A stretch of 62,000 nucleotides of DNA from Lama guanicoe. Lineage: Eukaryota. The stretch covers positions 124,001 through 186,000 of the forward strand of contig MU054117.1 in NCBI GenBank assembly GCA_013239625.1. The letters are read 5' to 3'. Below, piece by piece: positions 24,501-38,253 of this stretch (positions within the stretch are counted from its first letter, which is position 1; each line of letters starts with the position of its first letter). The notes beneath the pieces are model-generated. The model was not told the DNA's origin and made no database searches. It saw only the letters and a list, made by a program, of their open reading frames with translations. Both the position numbers and the translations under genes were made by a program.

Positions 24501-27500
24501 CCCTCTTCTACCTTCATCTTTGCAGGGGAGCCCTTGACTGCTGGGACGAACCCAGTTGTAGGGTCTCCTGGGGCCTTCGTAACTCACCGGGGGCTTTCTC
24601 CAAGCCCTGGGCAATTTTCCCCAGAAAACCTGAGAATGGGAATGTGCGTGGAGTGCTCAGGCCATCCTGCTGCCCCAGCTCCACCGTTTGGAAGGCTTCA
24701 TCTTTACTCTTGAGGGTGCCTGGTTTCCTGCTTGGTGACAGTGGCATTTGTGGTTTTGCTCTTGTCTCTAATGATAGAATCTCTAGGCAGGAATCTTCTG
24801 GGTCTGTTAGGGCAGTGGCAGGACAGAGGAAAAGTGGTGTGGGACAGCTCTAGCCTCATTTTTACCAGTCACCAAAATGAAGACTTGTCTAAGAGAACAG
24901 GAATCGGGGGGCAGTCAGTGCTCGTGAGCACCTGCCCTGCCCTTGACAGCGTGGTAGAAGATGCACTCCACCTGGTCCGTTTGTCCTGTGGCCTTTGGGC
25001 ACAGCTGGTGTCCTGGACATTTTCAGTGGGTGAGGGGAGGAGTGGATTAACCATCCTTCTGCCAGGATCTGACGACATGAGAGTTTGCATGGCTTTTGGC
25101 TTGTTTTGTGTAATTCACCCTGATCGGGTAGCTCTCTGTGGACTATTTGACACTGGACTGGCAAAGTCAGAGTTTACAGCTTTTCCTGAGAAATAAGTCC
25201 ATAGATGTAGAAAATGTTCTTGAGCTGCTTGAGTCTCCTCTGCCCAGTTTCTGCCCCCTCCTCAGCCTGGTTTCCCTTTCCTCCCTGCTGAGGCTGCCAT
25301 GGCTGTTGTACTTACACAGCCTTGGGTTTATGTTACTTTCGCCTCTTTCCTTGTGATAAAGTTTTTTAAAAATTCTTTTCCTCCCAAGAATGTATTCTTC
25401 CATGTATTCTGCCACTGCACTTGAATATTAGGACTAGTCAGTCCTCCCCTGTTCCTTCTGATCTGTGGGTTTGGCTTTTCTAAAGTTGTGCTGTGTGGGT
25501 TTAAAGGCCTTCATCAGGATCAGCTCTCCTCTCTGCAGGCTGACTCACAAATACTTTTCAGCCATAGGAAGTCTTGTTTTTGAAGTTGTGTTTAACTGGC
25601 TCAGAAAGGATATTAAAATGGCAGCTGATTGATGAGTTGTAAAACTCAGACCTTGGTCCTCAAAAGTCGTGGTATCATACGGGATGGTGGAGTGGCCATG
25701 TCTGGACAGTGGGTCAGTGGACACCAAGCACATCAGCTTCTAATAGAAAGCTCCTGCAAGGAAAAACTACAGAGGATGTGTCTTAGGGGAGAGTTCAGTG
25801 GAAGCAAAGCTATGGGAGCGCTCTGGGTGAGTGTTCGGGGGCTGGCTGTGTGTGGAGCCAGAGTTAGAAAAGGCGCCATGGTTGGATTTGAGGACTGAAG
25901 GTAAGAGAGGGAAAAGAACTGGAAGTTCAGAGCCTTGTGGGAACAACACTATGGCAACGTAAGAAGTCAGGGGATCTTAAACCTTTGGTGTTGACTATTG
26001 GAAATAAAGATAAGGAGTTGGTAAATTTGGCGTCAGTACTCTTTGAGAAGAGTGGGCACTAGTCCTAGTGGTATTCTTGATCACTTATGACCCATTATAG
26101 TTGCTAAATCTCTATCACTTTTATTCAGACCCATCCATAGCAAGCTGGGTGGTCAATAGTAACAGTCCCTTATTGATTAGATACATACAGGATTTGAGGG
26201 TTTTTTTATATTATAAAAATGATGTAATTAATTTTAGATTACCTTTGGTTAATCATCAATTATGACATTATGTTCTCGTTGAATAAATTACGCAGATCAG
26301 CTTAACTAGGGGAAGTCAGTCACCACAGTTCCCAATCTTGTTTTTATATTTTTTATAACTTGTGATGAAATGAATATCACTCATTTTGTTTGTCTTGAAA
26401 ATACAGCACATATGTATACCTTTATTTAAAAGGTAAAGGTGAAAATCTTTGAAAGATTTAGCAAATAAATTACTCATAATTTGATTATTTCATTTTCCTA
26501 GTAAAGGAAGAAAAATTGCTTTGTGTTTGGAAACAAAAAGCAAAAAACAAAACCCAGGCGGTGGCACTTTCTTGACCAGGTTTTTGTTGGCCTCAGGTTG
26601 TAGAGTCCAGGGGCCTCTCCACTGGTGTGAAGGCGTGGTCCTCCCAGGAGCTGGGCAGGACTGCTGGTTGTGGTGACGTGCCTTGTCGGGCTGCTTGGAG
26701 GAGTCATAGTCCTTCAGTAAATACAGCACATACGCCTATGTCTGCCTGAAGGGGTCAGATCATTAGTGTGTGTAGTGGGGGCCATGGTTCCAGGTGTCTT
26801 TTGAACGGGGGTCCGTTGTCTCCACATTGCCTTGAGTGAGGTGCCTGTCTCTGGCAGCAGACAGGCAGTGGAGGTGCTGTTTGCTTTAGAGGAGGGTAGT
26901 TGCTCTGATGTAATGCGGAGTGTCCGAGTCCCCTCCAGTCAGGAAGGGCCTTTCATTTCTAAGGGTGGAAAGAAGCATTTGGAAATGACTGTCAGATGCC
27001 ACCCTTCAGAGTTGCAGAGACAGACAGTCGGGTTAGTTCTTCAGATGTGGCTTGGTTCTTCACAGGGTGCACAGTTGACTCGGAGCCCTTCGCCGGGCTG
27101 AATCACTGGCTGAGGTCTGGACGGGCGTTGGGGAGCAGGGACGCATGGCCGTCGTTCTCTCCTGGGGCTCCTTTGTGTGCACCCCTTCTCCTGTGTGGAC
27201 ACTGCTCCTCACCAGGTGTGTGGCTGGCTGAGAGGGGATGCAGCTGGATTTCAGCCCCTGTTTCCCTTCCCCTTAACTGGGAGCCAGCACTCCTGTTCAT
27301 GGTGGCCAGGGGTTGGGGCAGGAGCAGGTATTCCTTCAGAGTCATGGGCTCCCGTGCCTGTGGAGGTGTGTCTTTATCCTGCATTGCTTGTTACCCAGGT
27401 GGTGTCTGCTACAGGTGCTGAATGTCCTTGAGCTTTCATCCAGAGCCTGGAGCACTGGTGGGGAGAGTAGGACACTTACTCGCCTCACAAGTGAGACGCA

Positions 27501-27914
27501 GCCTCGCCCTCTGCCCGGCTTCTGTTTAGTCCTTTCAGACTCCAGTTATCAATGCACCATCTTAGGCCATGGACTCCTAATTCATCTCGACACACAGATC
27601 TTTTGTCCAGAATTGTATTTGGCACCAGAGTATAGCACAATATCTACCAAGTTTAATTGGATGTTGGTGAATTGGACGTTGTAAGGAACCCCACCTCACC
27701 CCCCATATCTGTTCCTCAAAAGTGTGTGGAGCTAGTAGTGTTCCTAGCTGGCCCAGCTGATCTTGGTGGTGTAATAAATCAAGACACTGAACATCTAAGG
27801 CTCAGAACTCCGGAACTATGTCTTTTTCCCATTGGGTGCTCTGGTCTCCCTGTGGAGGTGTGAGTATTTATTGTTTTTGACACATTAGAGTTCTTTGGGA
27901 GAAGGTAGGGGTAA

Positions 27915-28135
27915 TTTGAGCTTTAGAGTGAGGCACTCCTGGTTTGAATGTTGTCATTTTCAGCTCACCAGCTGGGCAGGTTAATTGCCCTCTAATGCTC
28001 AGTTTTCTCATCTACACAATGGGTATCATGAGAGCTCTTTAGGGTTGTTGTGAGGACCAAATGAAAAGATTTCTGTAGCATGCCAGCACGATGCTTGGCA
28101 CATGGAAAGTTCAGTAAATGGTAGTAGTTTGTATT
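27915..28135 (+). mobile_element. MIR SINE
   Basis: gagctttagagtgaggcactcctggtttgaat...ctcagttttctcatctacacaatgggtatcat...agggttgttgtgaggaccaaatga...gcttggcacatggaaagttcagtaaatggtag. Confidence 0.78.
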
Positions 28136-29075
28136 ATAATCAACAAGAGGTGACCGGAAAACCTCTTAAACCTCCTCCTGCCAAAGCAGGGAGTAATTGT
28201 AAAGTCTTAAACTTAGCTTGAAATCGGATTGCTGTAACGTTTACAAGAGGGAGAGGAGAGTAGCGGTTTTTAAAAGTGGTTTGTTTGCTTCATTCATGTC
28301 TGGACTGCTTTAACGCCGGGAATAGGATATGGTGTGGCCCTTGCCCCCTAGGAACTCCCAGACCTGGAGACAGTCATATAATAAGCTGGTTACTGGAGTA
28401 TTAGGTAGACCTTATGAGTACCGTGTAGGTGTCACTGTGGGATACGGTACAGTAAGCCGTCTGTCTTTGATAGCAGTCATCTGTTCTTTTCTCCCCTGCT
28501 TTGGACTGAACTTACCTTTTTACATTAAGTATGGGCTGAAGTAGATGTGGGAAAGCTAGACTCTGGCATTATCCAACTTTAAATAGTATCCTTAGAGGAT
28601 TGATGGGCCCTTGGGAGGACCTTTAGTTGAAGAGTTAGGGAGTCTTTCTCTGACTTACTTAAAAGTAATGATGAAAGGAAGCCAAGGAATGTAAAGGAAA
28701 TAATTTACCCACTTTACCATGGTGATTGTTGTGTGACTCAGGATAGGTCATTTCATTCCTCTCCGCACTTGTTTTCCTTGTATCAAGAGGGGACTTAAGC
28801 GGCTGCTCTCCGTCCTCATGGATGATCTGTGAGACGGTGCTCTGAGGAGCACGCAGTGGTGGGGAGAGGCATGGGCAGGCGTCACTCCCCTTTGTGGAGG
28901 AAGATGGTGTTAAGGATCCTCAGCACACGTGCTGTTCACTCCTGTCCCTCAGACCTCTACTGTAAATTACCTGCTCGAAAAATCTTCTGTGACCAATTTA
29001 TCTTCTGTCCCCTCCTATTATTCTGAGCCACTGTCACCTGTGCATTTCCTTCCTGGCACTCGTATTTTGTAATCA

Positions 29076-29250
29076 CAGTTGACCCTTTAACATCATGGGG
29101 GTTAATCTGTGTATAATTTGTATTCCACCCTCTGTATCTGTGGCTCCAACCGACCGCAGACCATGTAGTCCTGTAGTATTTACTGTTGAAAAGCATCTGC
29201 ATATAAGTGGGCCCATGCAGTTCAGATCTGCACTGTTTCAGGGTCAGCTG
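29076..29250. mobile_element. Tigger2/MER8-like TcMar MITE
   Basis: TIRs cagttgaccctttaaca ... tgtttcagggtcagctg; internal gcatataagtgggcccatgcagttca typical of the family. Confidence 0.85.
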
Positions 29251-29904
29251 TCTGTGTTTGCTTGCTTGCTTGCTTGTTTATTGTCTGCATCCTGGGCCCT
29301 GGGTTTTAGTCACCAGGGTAAATTCAGTGCCCAGCGTACGGCCTGACATATACCACACATTCCGTAAATGATTTGCTGGATGGAGTAAAAGGTGACAAGA
29401 CTTGTAGGTCTTCTGGAAAACAGCTGCTTTGGGGATGGCCAAATGTACGCTGGACCCTTGTGTGGGTATCAGGTGCAGAGGAGTATGACCCTGAGACTGC
29501 TGCGGCACCACCAGCATGTGGTTCTGGATCCACAGGCTGGACTTCTGCCTCCTCTTTGCTCTTCCCCCAGGTCTCCTTCTGCCCATTGGAGACTCTAAAA
29601 CTCACCTGTGTTCAGGTGCACATGGACAGTGGTGAGCTTGTCCCTTGAAGAGGGTAACTGACTCTGGACTACAAAATTTGGTTCCAGGGAGCTGACCGCT
29701 TACTGGGCAGGGAGCATGTGTCCTGCTGTTTTCTGTAAAGCACACACCCCGGTTCTGGTCAGAGGTGCACCCATGGACTCCCAGCTGCCGGTCGGTGGGC
29801 CTGACCGAGTGGTGCTGTGGGGGCTCTCCCTTGGTGGGAGGGGCGTGACCTGTGCTGCTGGGTGGCCCTGATTACTGTTCTCTTAGGACATGGAGAAGAT
29901 GCTC

Positions 29905-31375
29905 TTTTTTCGTTGTTTATTTTTTTACTTTTTCTTTGATGGTCGTATAACGTGTGAGCCTAAAATGCACAAATCTCAAGTACACAACTTGAATATGTGT
30001 GTGTGTGTGTATGTGTATACATACATATCTGTGTATGTCCACCAGAGTTCATTTGGGAGTTGAGCCACTATGAAATTTGGGGGACGAGATTTATTACAGA
30101 AATTAGACCTTACCCAATTGTGGGAGGTGTTGGGTGGTGAAGGTCCAGAAGGGGGTCAAGGGCTGGAGGTCAGCGAGCAGGAGGAGTCACTAACCAGTCT
30201 GCCTGAAGCATGGGTGAGGGTGGAAATCTGAGAAGCTAGGCATGTCCATTGCCACAGTGGGGCCACCAGAGGGAAGCTCCTGGAGAGCTGCTGTCCAGTT
30301 GGGCCCATCACATGTCTGGCGGCAGGTGCAGGCTATTGTGGGTCAGCAGGGTCACAGTGAGAAGGGATGCTGGACAGAGGGTAGAGGAGTGCGAACAGGC
30401 TGGGACCGCAGGCACCTCTTTCTCTGTCTGTCACCACATCCGATAGCTGAGGCCTTCAGAGAGAAATGGCCACTGCTTCAAGTCCATCTTCCAAACCTCA
30501 TGTGAGTGCTGGTTTTGGCCATCGGGGATTCTGGGAAACATAGTTCCCAGCTTAGCCAAGCTAACACAGCCCTGCCGGGCACACCGTGCAGCCAGCATCC
30601 AGATCAGGACCCCAGAGGCTCTCTCCTGCCCCTTGCCAGACAGTAACACCACCCACAACCCCCAAGCATTGCTCTTGATGGACCTCTTCCACACCTGAGA
30701 TGTGAATTGTGTTTGTTCTTGATCTGCACACAAGTGGGCCAGGCCACGTGTTCGCGTGTGTGTCAGCGCGCCTTATCCGTGCACTTCACCAGGGTTGCTG
30801 CAGGTTGTAGTCATTCATCTCTTCCCACTGCTGTGTACAGTTCCACTGCTGCAGCTTATTCTCATTGTGCTATTTTTGGTTATTTGGGTTGTTTCCAGTT
30901 TGGGAGTAAAGTGAACCACAAAGTTATGTAACGTGTATATTGCTGTAAACATTTTTGTACTTGTCTTTGGTTAGTGTAGACATTCATTTCTTTTGGATAT
31001 GTCCCCAAGAGTAGAATTTCTGAGGTTTATGGTTGATGTATGTTCAGCTTCAAAACTACTGCTGAACAGTTTTCCAGAGCGGTTGTGCAGTTTATGCCCC
31101 GAGTGTCTGGTAGCTCCAGTTGTTCTGTGTCCTTCCAGTGTTGTCAGTCTTTAATTTTAGCCGTTCTAATGGGTGTGTAATAGTATCTCATTGTGTTCTG
31201 ATTGATATTTTATTAATGACTAATGATATTTGGCACCTGATTTAGGCAATTTGAGTGTCTGATTTTGTGAAATATCTGGTCAGATCTTTTGCTCATTTTT
31301 CATTGGGAGTCTTTATTTCTTATTGTTTTGTATAAATCCTTTACGTATTCTGGGTGTAAGACTTCTGTTGGTTAC
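29905..31375 (-). mobile_element. Old L1M (L1MC/ME-type) 3' fragment interrupted by an LTR
   Basis: T-rich tail then aaaatgcacaaatctcaagtacacaactt; resumes about 30575 (catccagatcagga...) and continues tatttgggttgtttccagtttggg...tttcttttggatatgtccccaagagtagaatt...ttttagccgttctaatgggtgtgtaatagtatctcattgtg. Confidence 0.75.
30042..30568 (-). mobile_element. Solo LTR (ERVL/MLT2-like, subfamily unassigned) nested in L1
   Basis: gagatttattacagaaattagaccttacccaattgtgggag...gggattctgggaaacatagttcccagcttagccaagctaacaca (reads TGTGTTAGCTTGGCTAAG on the minus strand). Confidence 0.6.
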
Positions 31376-32149
31376 AGGTAGCTCTTTGGTTTTAAGGAGA
31401 TGTGTTCCTTCTTAAACAGGGAAAGATGGGGATTCAGGCATGTTTGAAGAGGAAAGCCTTTCAAAAAAAATGTGGTTATTTATGACACTTTTCTTGAGGA
31501 ATTAATACATTGTTGGAGTGGAAGTTAGCAACTCAACTTACATGTGGCTTTAAAAATAAAATGTTAGACCCCCAGTATTTCTACTGCTTTTTAAAAATAG
31601 TTTGTCTTGAACACTGAAAGTATATACTCATAACCCAAAATTCATTCCATAGATATGAATGCTTGTTGTGAATCTGACACTGCTGAAGGCTGAGGATAGA
31701 AGCCTGACCCCAAGAAACTCGCTGCCCTCTAGGGGCAGAGCCCTGGGGTGGTGCTTGGGGGACAGCGGAAAAGTCTGTTCCTAGAGAAGGAAGCACAAGA
31801 GAGGAGATGTGAAACGAAGCCCGATGGATGGATGAGCAGGTTCACAGACATGGTCTACGTTGTTTGAGGGAGAGGAGACTGAGGGAGGTTGAGTGCACAC
31901 ATCGGCAGGGAAGCAGGTTGTGGACAGTGAGAACAAAACACGCAGGGAAGCGCGATGCGGCATCCTGCAACGGCAAGTGGACGTGAGCGTGTGCCGGCAG
32001 TCAGAAGGTGATGAGGATGGAGGTGAATTTGGCTTGTCAACGAAATGGTGTCTTTCAAAATGTGCAAACAGAGAGAGGAGTGGCATTAGATTGTTTAGAA
32101 AGATCACTTTGGAAGAAATGCAGCATATTAGTTGGAATTTCAGACTTGA

Positions 32150-32515
32150 GACAGGGTCTACAAACTTGTACACCCGTGTTCATGGCAGCATCATTGACAA
32201 TAACCAAAAGGTGGAAACAACCCAGTGTCCATTGATGGGTGAACATGTACACACGGTGGGATATTTTTCAGCCATGAGAAGCAATGAAGTTCTGGTACGT
32301 GTTACAACATCAGTAAACATTGAAAACATTGTGCTGAGTGAGACAAGCCAGACACAAAAGAACAAATGTATGATTTCACTTGTGTAAGTTACCTAGAATG
32401 GGCAAATCATAGAGACAGAAAGTGGAATAGAGATAAACAGTGGGTGGAGGAAAGGGGGACATGGGGAATTACTACTTAATATGTGATGGAAAAGGTCTGG
32501 AGATGGAGAATGGTG
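32150..32515 (+). mobile_element. Old L1 (L1MB-like) ORF2-end/3'UTR fragment
   Basis: acttgtacacccgtgttcatggcagc...aaaaggtggaaacaacccagtgtcca...gaaaacattgtgctgagtgagacaagccagacacaaaag...ggcaaatcatagagacagaaagt. Confidence 0.85.
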
Positions 32516-33409
32516 ATTGAGGCAGGATCTCCTAAATGTAGATCTTGACTGTTGCAAGAGCTCAGTCAGAGATAATGAAGTTCTAGGCAATGATGCTGGA
32601 AAGGAGGGCATGTGTGGGAGAGAAATTTGGGGAGAACAAACAGCAGTGTGTCCTGTGCTGTTCTGCGTTAGCTGCAGTACTTAGCACAGGATGGTCCCTG
32701 ACCTCCTGGTTCTGGGGCAATGAGAAGAACGTGGGAAGTAAGGCACATGTGGAGGCCCACATGTGGAATTCTGGCTTGGGTGGGTGGCAGTTTTATTAGG
32801 GCTGCAATTCAGTCAAGGGGACAAGTTGGAAGAGAAGATGAAGACTTCTTTTCTGCTTGACATGACTTGAAGGTGCCCTGACGCATTCTGGTGGAGCAGT
32901 TTTTTCGTAAATTCGATTTCTTTTGTTTGATCAGGGACCTGGAAAATTATGAGATGTGGGATCCATGACCCATTTCTTTACACTGTGCCTTTTTGAAAGC
33001 AGAGCAGCTGTCAGGACAAAGGGACAGTGCCTGTTTCAAGATTTAACTAAAATGTTTCTGAGTCCTTGGCTCTAGGACTCAAAGTCTGTCGCGGTGAAGA
33101 GAGTTGCCCTAGAGCACTGCTGAGATGTTGTGGGGAGGAACAGGAAATGTAAACAGATTAAGGGGTTCTTCCTTTGGTTTGGGAATCGCTATTTTCAGTG
33201 TTAGTTACTTTTCAAGGAAATCGTACACTTTTCCAGGCCCCCAGCCAGGCCCAGCTTTTCACGTGGAGGCAAGACCGTAACTTGCTCTGAGTTCCTCCAC
33301 GTTCCTGAACTGACAGCAGCAGCGGTGGGTTCTGCTTGCTGTTCATCAGCCCCTAAAACCCGACTAAACCAAAGCCATCTTCAGACTGGGGAGCTATTAA
33401 AAGCCCCCT

Positions 33410-33545
33410 CTAGATGGATAGAAGTGTTCTAAAACTGTACTGTAGCCTTGGTCGGTTGCATAGCTTAGTAAACTTACTAGCAGTCATTGAGTTGTACACT
33501 TAAAACAGATGAATCATGGTATGTAAGTTATACCTGAACACAGTG
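33410..33545 (+). mobile_element. Old L1 extreme 3' end fragment
   Basis: gttctaaaactg...gttgcatagcttagtaaacttacta...cattgagttgtacacttaaaacagatgaat...gtatgtaagttatacct. Confidence 0.75.
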
Positions 33546-36500
33546 GTTTGGAAAAACACCCCTCCAGCCCTCAATGTTGCACCAAGTCTCCCATCTGGCC
33601 GCTGCTTCTGTGGGGCGGTCAGGATCCCTGCTCCAGGCCCATGCGCTTCTCCGCCAGGCCCCGAGGTCCTGCTGTCAGGGGCTTGGCACAGCTTGTGGCT
33701 CTCACCTGGCTCCTCCACACTCCCTCTGCCGGGGCGTCCAGCACCTGACCTGGTTGGAATATTGACCAGGAATAAGCCAAGCCCACCTGGCTCTGGTGCG
33801 AGGCTAGAGGGTGAGGCCCTTGGGTTCTCTAGGGCCCGGAGGCCAGTTACCCAGTTTGTCCTTTGTTTGGATCCCATGACTCTTTTCTCCCCCTTGCTGT
33901 TTGGCCATTTTATTGCTCTGTTAAAATTCAGGTCACAGGGTGAGTAGGGATTTGGGTGAAGCTAAAATCTTGCAGTGTGGCCACTCTCAAAAGTTGCATT
34001 AGAAGGTTCAGGGCGGGGAGGTTAAGTAAAGTTTCCAGCGGTCTGTACATCCTCCTGCCTCCTTATCCTCTTCTGCTTTCTTCCCAGAATAACTGAATTG
34101 CAGTGATAGAAAACAAGTTTGATTATTGTTAACCTCCTCTCGGGAGCCGTGTGCCGCATAATGGCAAAGAACGTGTCCACTGTCACTGTTGTATGTCAAC
34201 GCTTGTCACATAGTAGCTTGTTAAAAAACAAACTTGCTGTTAACAGAGATTGAGTCTTTAATATGAGCAGGTGGGTTAAATTGCCCATAGGAGGTAGGCA
34301 TTCGGAGGACAAAGAGGCTGCCCTTTTGTCGTCACCCTATCATGATATTTATTGAATTCCCACTGTGCTTACAGTATGATTTGAGATACTCTGGGAGCTT
34401 CTGGTTACAATGTCTTCTGAAAGAGAAGGTTGCTTAGTTAAGGCCCTTTAACAAAGTCTTTGTGTCTAATGTCTGTGTATTTAAGTTAAGAATACATTCA
34501 CTTTTCCCTGTCCCAGACTGGGTGATATTTCTAAAGGTGATATACTCAGTCTGTTTCCGAAAGGGGACCCTGAGAGGGTGAGATACACCCAGCTCACTTG
34601 GTCATGCTTGGCGTTGAGTGGTCCTGAGTCATGGTTGCAGAAGTCCTCCAGTTCACTAGAGGGCAGAGGGCATCCTTTGGCTGCTTTTCTCGTGAGGATG
34701 GCTTCCCTCACGAGTTAGACCTGCCTGAGCCACAGTGGATGGGAGGGTCAAGTAATATTATCTCCTGGGGAGCACAAAGGTTCTCTCAGGCCATTGAGCA
34801 AGCCACAGCGTGTGCCTTTTGTGCAGCAGAGCCAGCAGCTCAAGTGGCAGTAGGCCTGCGCCTGGAGCACGTGGGCAGGGAGCAACGTGCTACCTGAGCA
34901 TGGCCCTGCACCTCTCGGCCGTTGGGTGTTACTGTTTTAGGACACGGGTGGACGTGAGACAGAGCCTTTAGGCCTTGTGGGGGCTTTACTGCCTAATTGG
35001 CCATGAACTGAGTAAAGACTAATTAGTCTTCTGTAGAAAAACTTTGGTAGGTTGCTGGCTTTGAGCCCAGAATAGTTGGAATTTTGGAGCCCAAAGATCT
35101 CATGGCAGTTGGTTGTTGGCAATTGGTCTTTGAGAGAAAAGAAACTGAAGTTTTGGCTGTACTTCAGCGCCCCCCACCCTGAGAGGGTGGGGGTCACCCC
35201 CAGGGCAGGGTCACGAAGTAGGGAGAAGTTGTGGGCTGTACCCTTTCAAGAGCCTACCAGGGTATAGCTTGGGGAATTTGCAGTATTCCTTAAGCTTAAG
35301 GAAACAAAGCTTGCTGTTACTCCCTTTCTTTGTTTTATTTCTACCCAGATGGACTCTTTCCCATGTGAAGGATTAGGGCCGTAGCTGCGGGAGTGACCGG
35401 ACGGAGTCAGAGCTCAGCAGGAGTCAGAGCAGAGCGGGAGCGCTGGCCTTGAGGACTTTGATCCAGAGAAAATGTCTGCCTCACTGGGGAGGTTGTGCCT
35501 AAATCCCATAAGGGAAATTTGAAAGGGGAAGTATGTCCTGTGGAGCTGGTTTAAGATCAGCCTTCTTGGTTTGCATCTAAGTTTCTCCAAGAAAATAGTT
35601 GGAAAAAGAATTGTGGTCTTGGAGCCAGCTAGCCCCCTCTTCTGTGGCCTGGAGCCAAGCAGACCTGGTCATTTTGTTTGGTGTGTGGGATGGAGGTTGA
35701 GGGGCTCATCTGCCTTGACAGGTAATATCTTTTTCCTTTGTTAGCTGCCAGCCTCCTGAGACAGCTGTGTCTTACCACCCCTGTTTACAGCCCATCTTCT
35801 CAGAAGAAGCCTGCTTGTACTTAACTTTATCTCTTCCTTCCTTCCGTGTTTCCATCTCCAGGAACCCTGTGGGCATCTGGTGGATCTTTTCCTTTAAACT
35901 GGCTCACCCTTGGGAGCTTTGAAATCATAGTATCAGTGACTTAGGGGTCTGAAAGAGATAAATATTGTTCCAGAATGTGAATTGAATACAGTGGTCCTTT
36001 TCTCCATCAGAAACTGTCCAGAGAGGCCTCAGGGAGCTTAGCTCTGGCCCTGTCCTTGTCCTTCTCTCACCGCCTAAATCAGGAACTGGTTAATAATAAG
36101 CTGTTCATCACACATTCTTTTCTCCTTTCTGTGTGTCTGTGCTGTGAGCCTCTCATTCTTCTCTCCTTCTTTCCACTGTCACGTGTACTGACTGCAAGTG
36201 CAAAAGTGAACACCCTGCTGACTAGTGCCACGCGAGTAATGGGTAGACAGACAGGGACAGCGTTCCGGAGCAAGTGGCAGGTGTTGAGAGGGAGGAGAGT
36301 GTGCCAGGGTAAGAAGGAGCGCAGAGGCCTGGGGTCTGGGATGCAGGACGGAAGAAGGACATGTTGGGCCAAGGGGAACAGCGTGACCACACTTGAGGCT
36401 CGCCAGAGTGTGTGTGTCGCAGAGACTGCAAATGTGACTGCAGAAAATGGCTTGTGTTTGGAAGTGCAGGAAGTAAGGCTGGTACTAGATCTTTTTGGGC

Positions 36501-37794
36501 ATTTTGAATGTCGCCAAGGGTTTGGATTATTTCCTAAAAACAGTGGAGGGGTGTAGCGGATCACATTTGAGGCGAGGGATTACATTTGCTCTTTAAAAAG
36601 AACACTCCAGCACTCATGTGGAGGATGGATAGAAGGGGGCTAGGATGAAGAGGCTGTTTCCACTGAGTGGTGCTTCCGCTGAGATAACGGCAGGGAAGTG
36701 GACTTTATGAAGCAGAGGTCCTAGAGAGTCACAACCAACAGGTCTTTGCTTTCGGTTGGGTTGAGGAGTGAACACAGCAGGATCTGAGGTGACCCCCAGT
36801 TTCTAATTGATGGGTGAGTGGTGGTGACGTTTGACCACCTGAGGGGGTGACCTGGGGAAGAGAGCAGAAGTATTCCGTTGTGCGCTCCTTGGTTTGAGGT
36901 ACCTGTGGGATGTCTGGGTAAAGATGTTTAATAGCATTGGATCTCAGGAGCAAGATCAGGAAAGATACAAGTTTAGGGATCACCCAGTTTTATGAAAGAG
37001 GGGTTGCAGATGAAGCAGCTGTAACCATTTGAGGGGACTAAGCTGAGACCCTCAGAGCTGAAAAGCAGGAGGCAGAGCCTAGGAGAGGAGAGTTTCCAGG
37101 AATAGCTCCAAAGGGACAAGCAAGGTGAGGACTGAAGTGTCTGAACCTTTCACAGTGAGAAAGCCATCATCGACCTCAGTGGAGTGCTGGAGGCAGAAGC
37201 CCGGCTGCGAGGGAGGGGGAGGTCGTCACGGTGCACCTGTTCTGGGTGTGATGCTACAGCAGTGAGCACAGTGGCAAAGCCCTGACCCTCACAGATTCCA
37301 CATTCTAGAGAGGAAGACGAACAGGTAAACAGCATGTGTAGTACATCCAGTTGTGGTAAGTCCTTCAGGGGAGAATGGAGCACGAGGGGAAGCTGAGTGG
37401 GAATCAGTTTTAAATGGGTGGTCAGGGAAGGCCATGCTGAGAAGGTGACACTCGGATGAACAGCCGTGGCCGGTGGGAGCATGCATCAACACACCTGTCG
37501 ACTCTATCAGGGGGCTGGTGCCTGGGAGGCAGGGGAGGTTTTCTCCTCTGTTCATTGTGTTATTTCTAGAACCTGGAAAAGTGCTCATCACTTAATTGGT
37601 GCTCAGTAGTACTTCTTGAATGCATGAATGGAGGTGGGGGAGAGTATTTCAGACAAGTGGAGCCGCAGGTGCCAGGGCGGAGGTGAGAGTGGGTCTGGCA
37701 TGTATAAGGGACAGCAAGGAGGCTGGTGAGGCCAAAGGGGTGGCAGGAGGCGGAGGTGAAAGAGGTCAGGTGGGCATTGGGTGCAGATCTTGGA

Positions 37795-38253
37795 GGGGCT
37801 TCTGAGACCTTTTCAGGGGGTCTGTGAGGTTAAAGCAACTTTCACAGTATTACTTATGATGGAGATACTTGTCTTTTCCACTCATGTGTGCTCACGAGTC
37901 TACACTCTCACGAGTGTGCAGTGGAGTTTCTAGAGGCCACGGGATGTGAGATACTGCTGCAGGTGACATGCAGAAAGTGGTCTGAGAATCTAGCTGTCTT
38001 AAGCCAGACTTTGAGGAGTTTGCAACAATGTAAAAATTATAACTGATCACTAAATTTTTATATTGGAAAATAGTTTATGGAAGAAAGTTTAACTATGTTA
38101 TTATGTAATGGATTGTTGTTTTAAAATGATTTAATGAATATTGAAATTTTTCTCAGTTTTAACTTCAAATGTAGTAACATTGATAGCTCTTTGGGTGCTT
38201 GGTATTTTTGAAAGTATAAAGGAGTCCCAAGACCAAAATTTTGTGAACCACTA
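37795..38253. mobile_element. hAT-Charlie non-autonomous element (MER119/Charlie4-like)
   Basis: tgagaccttttcagggggtctgtgaggttaaa...cacgagtgtgcagtggagtttctagaggc...gagaatctagctgtcttaagccagac...aaaggagtcccaagaccaaaattttgtgaaccact. Confidence 0.7.
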
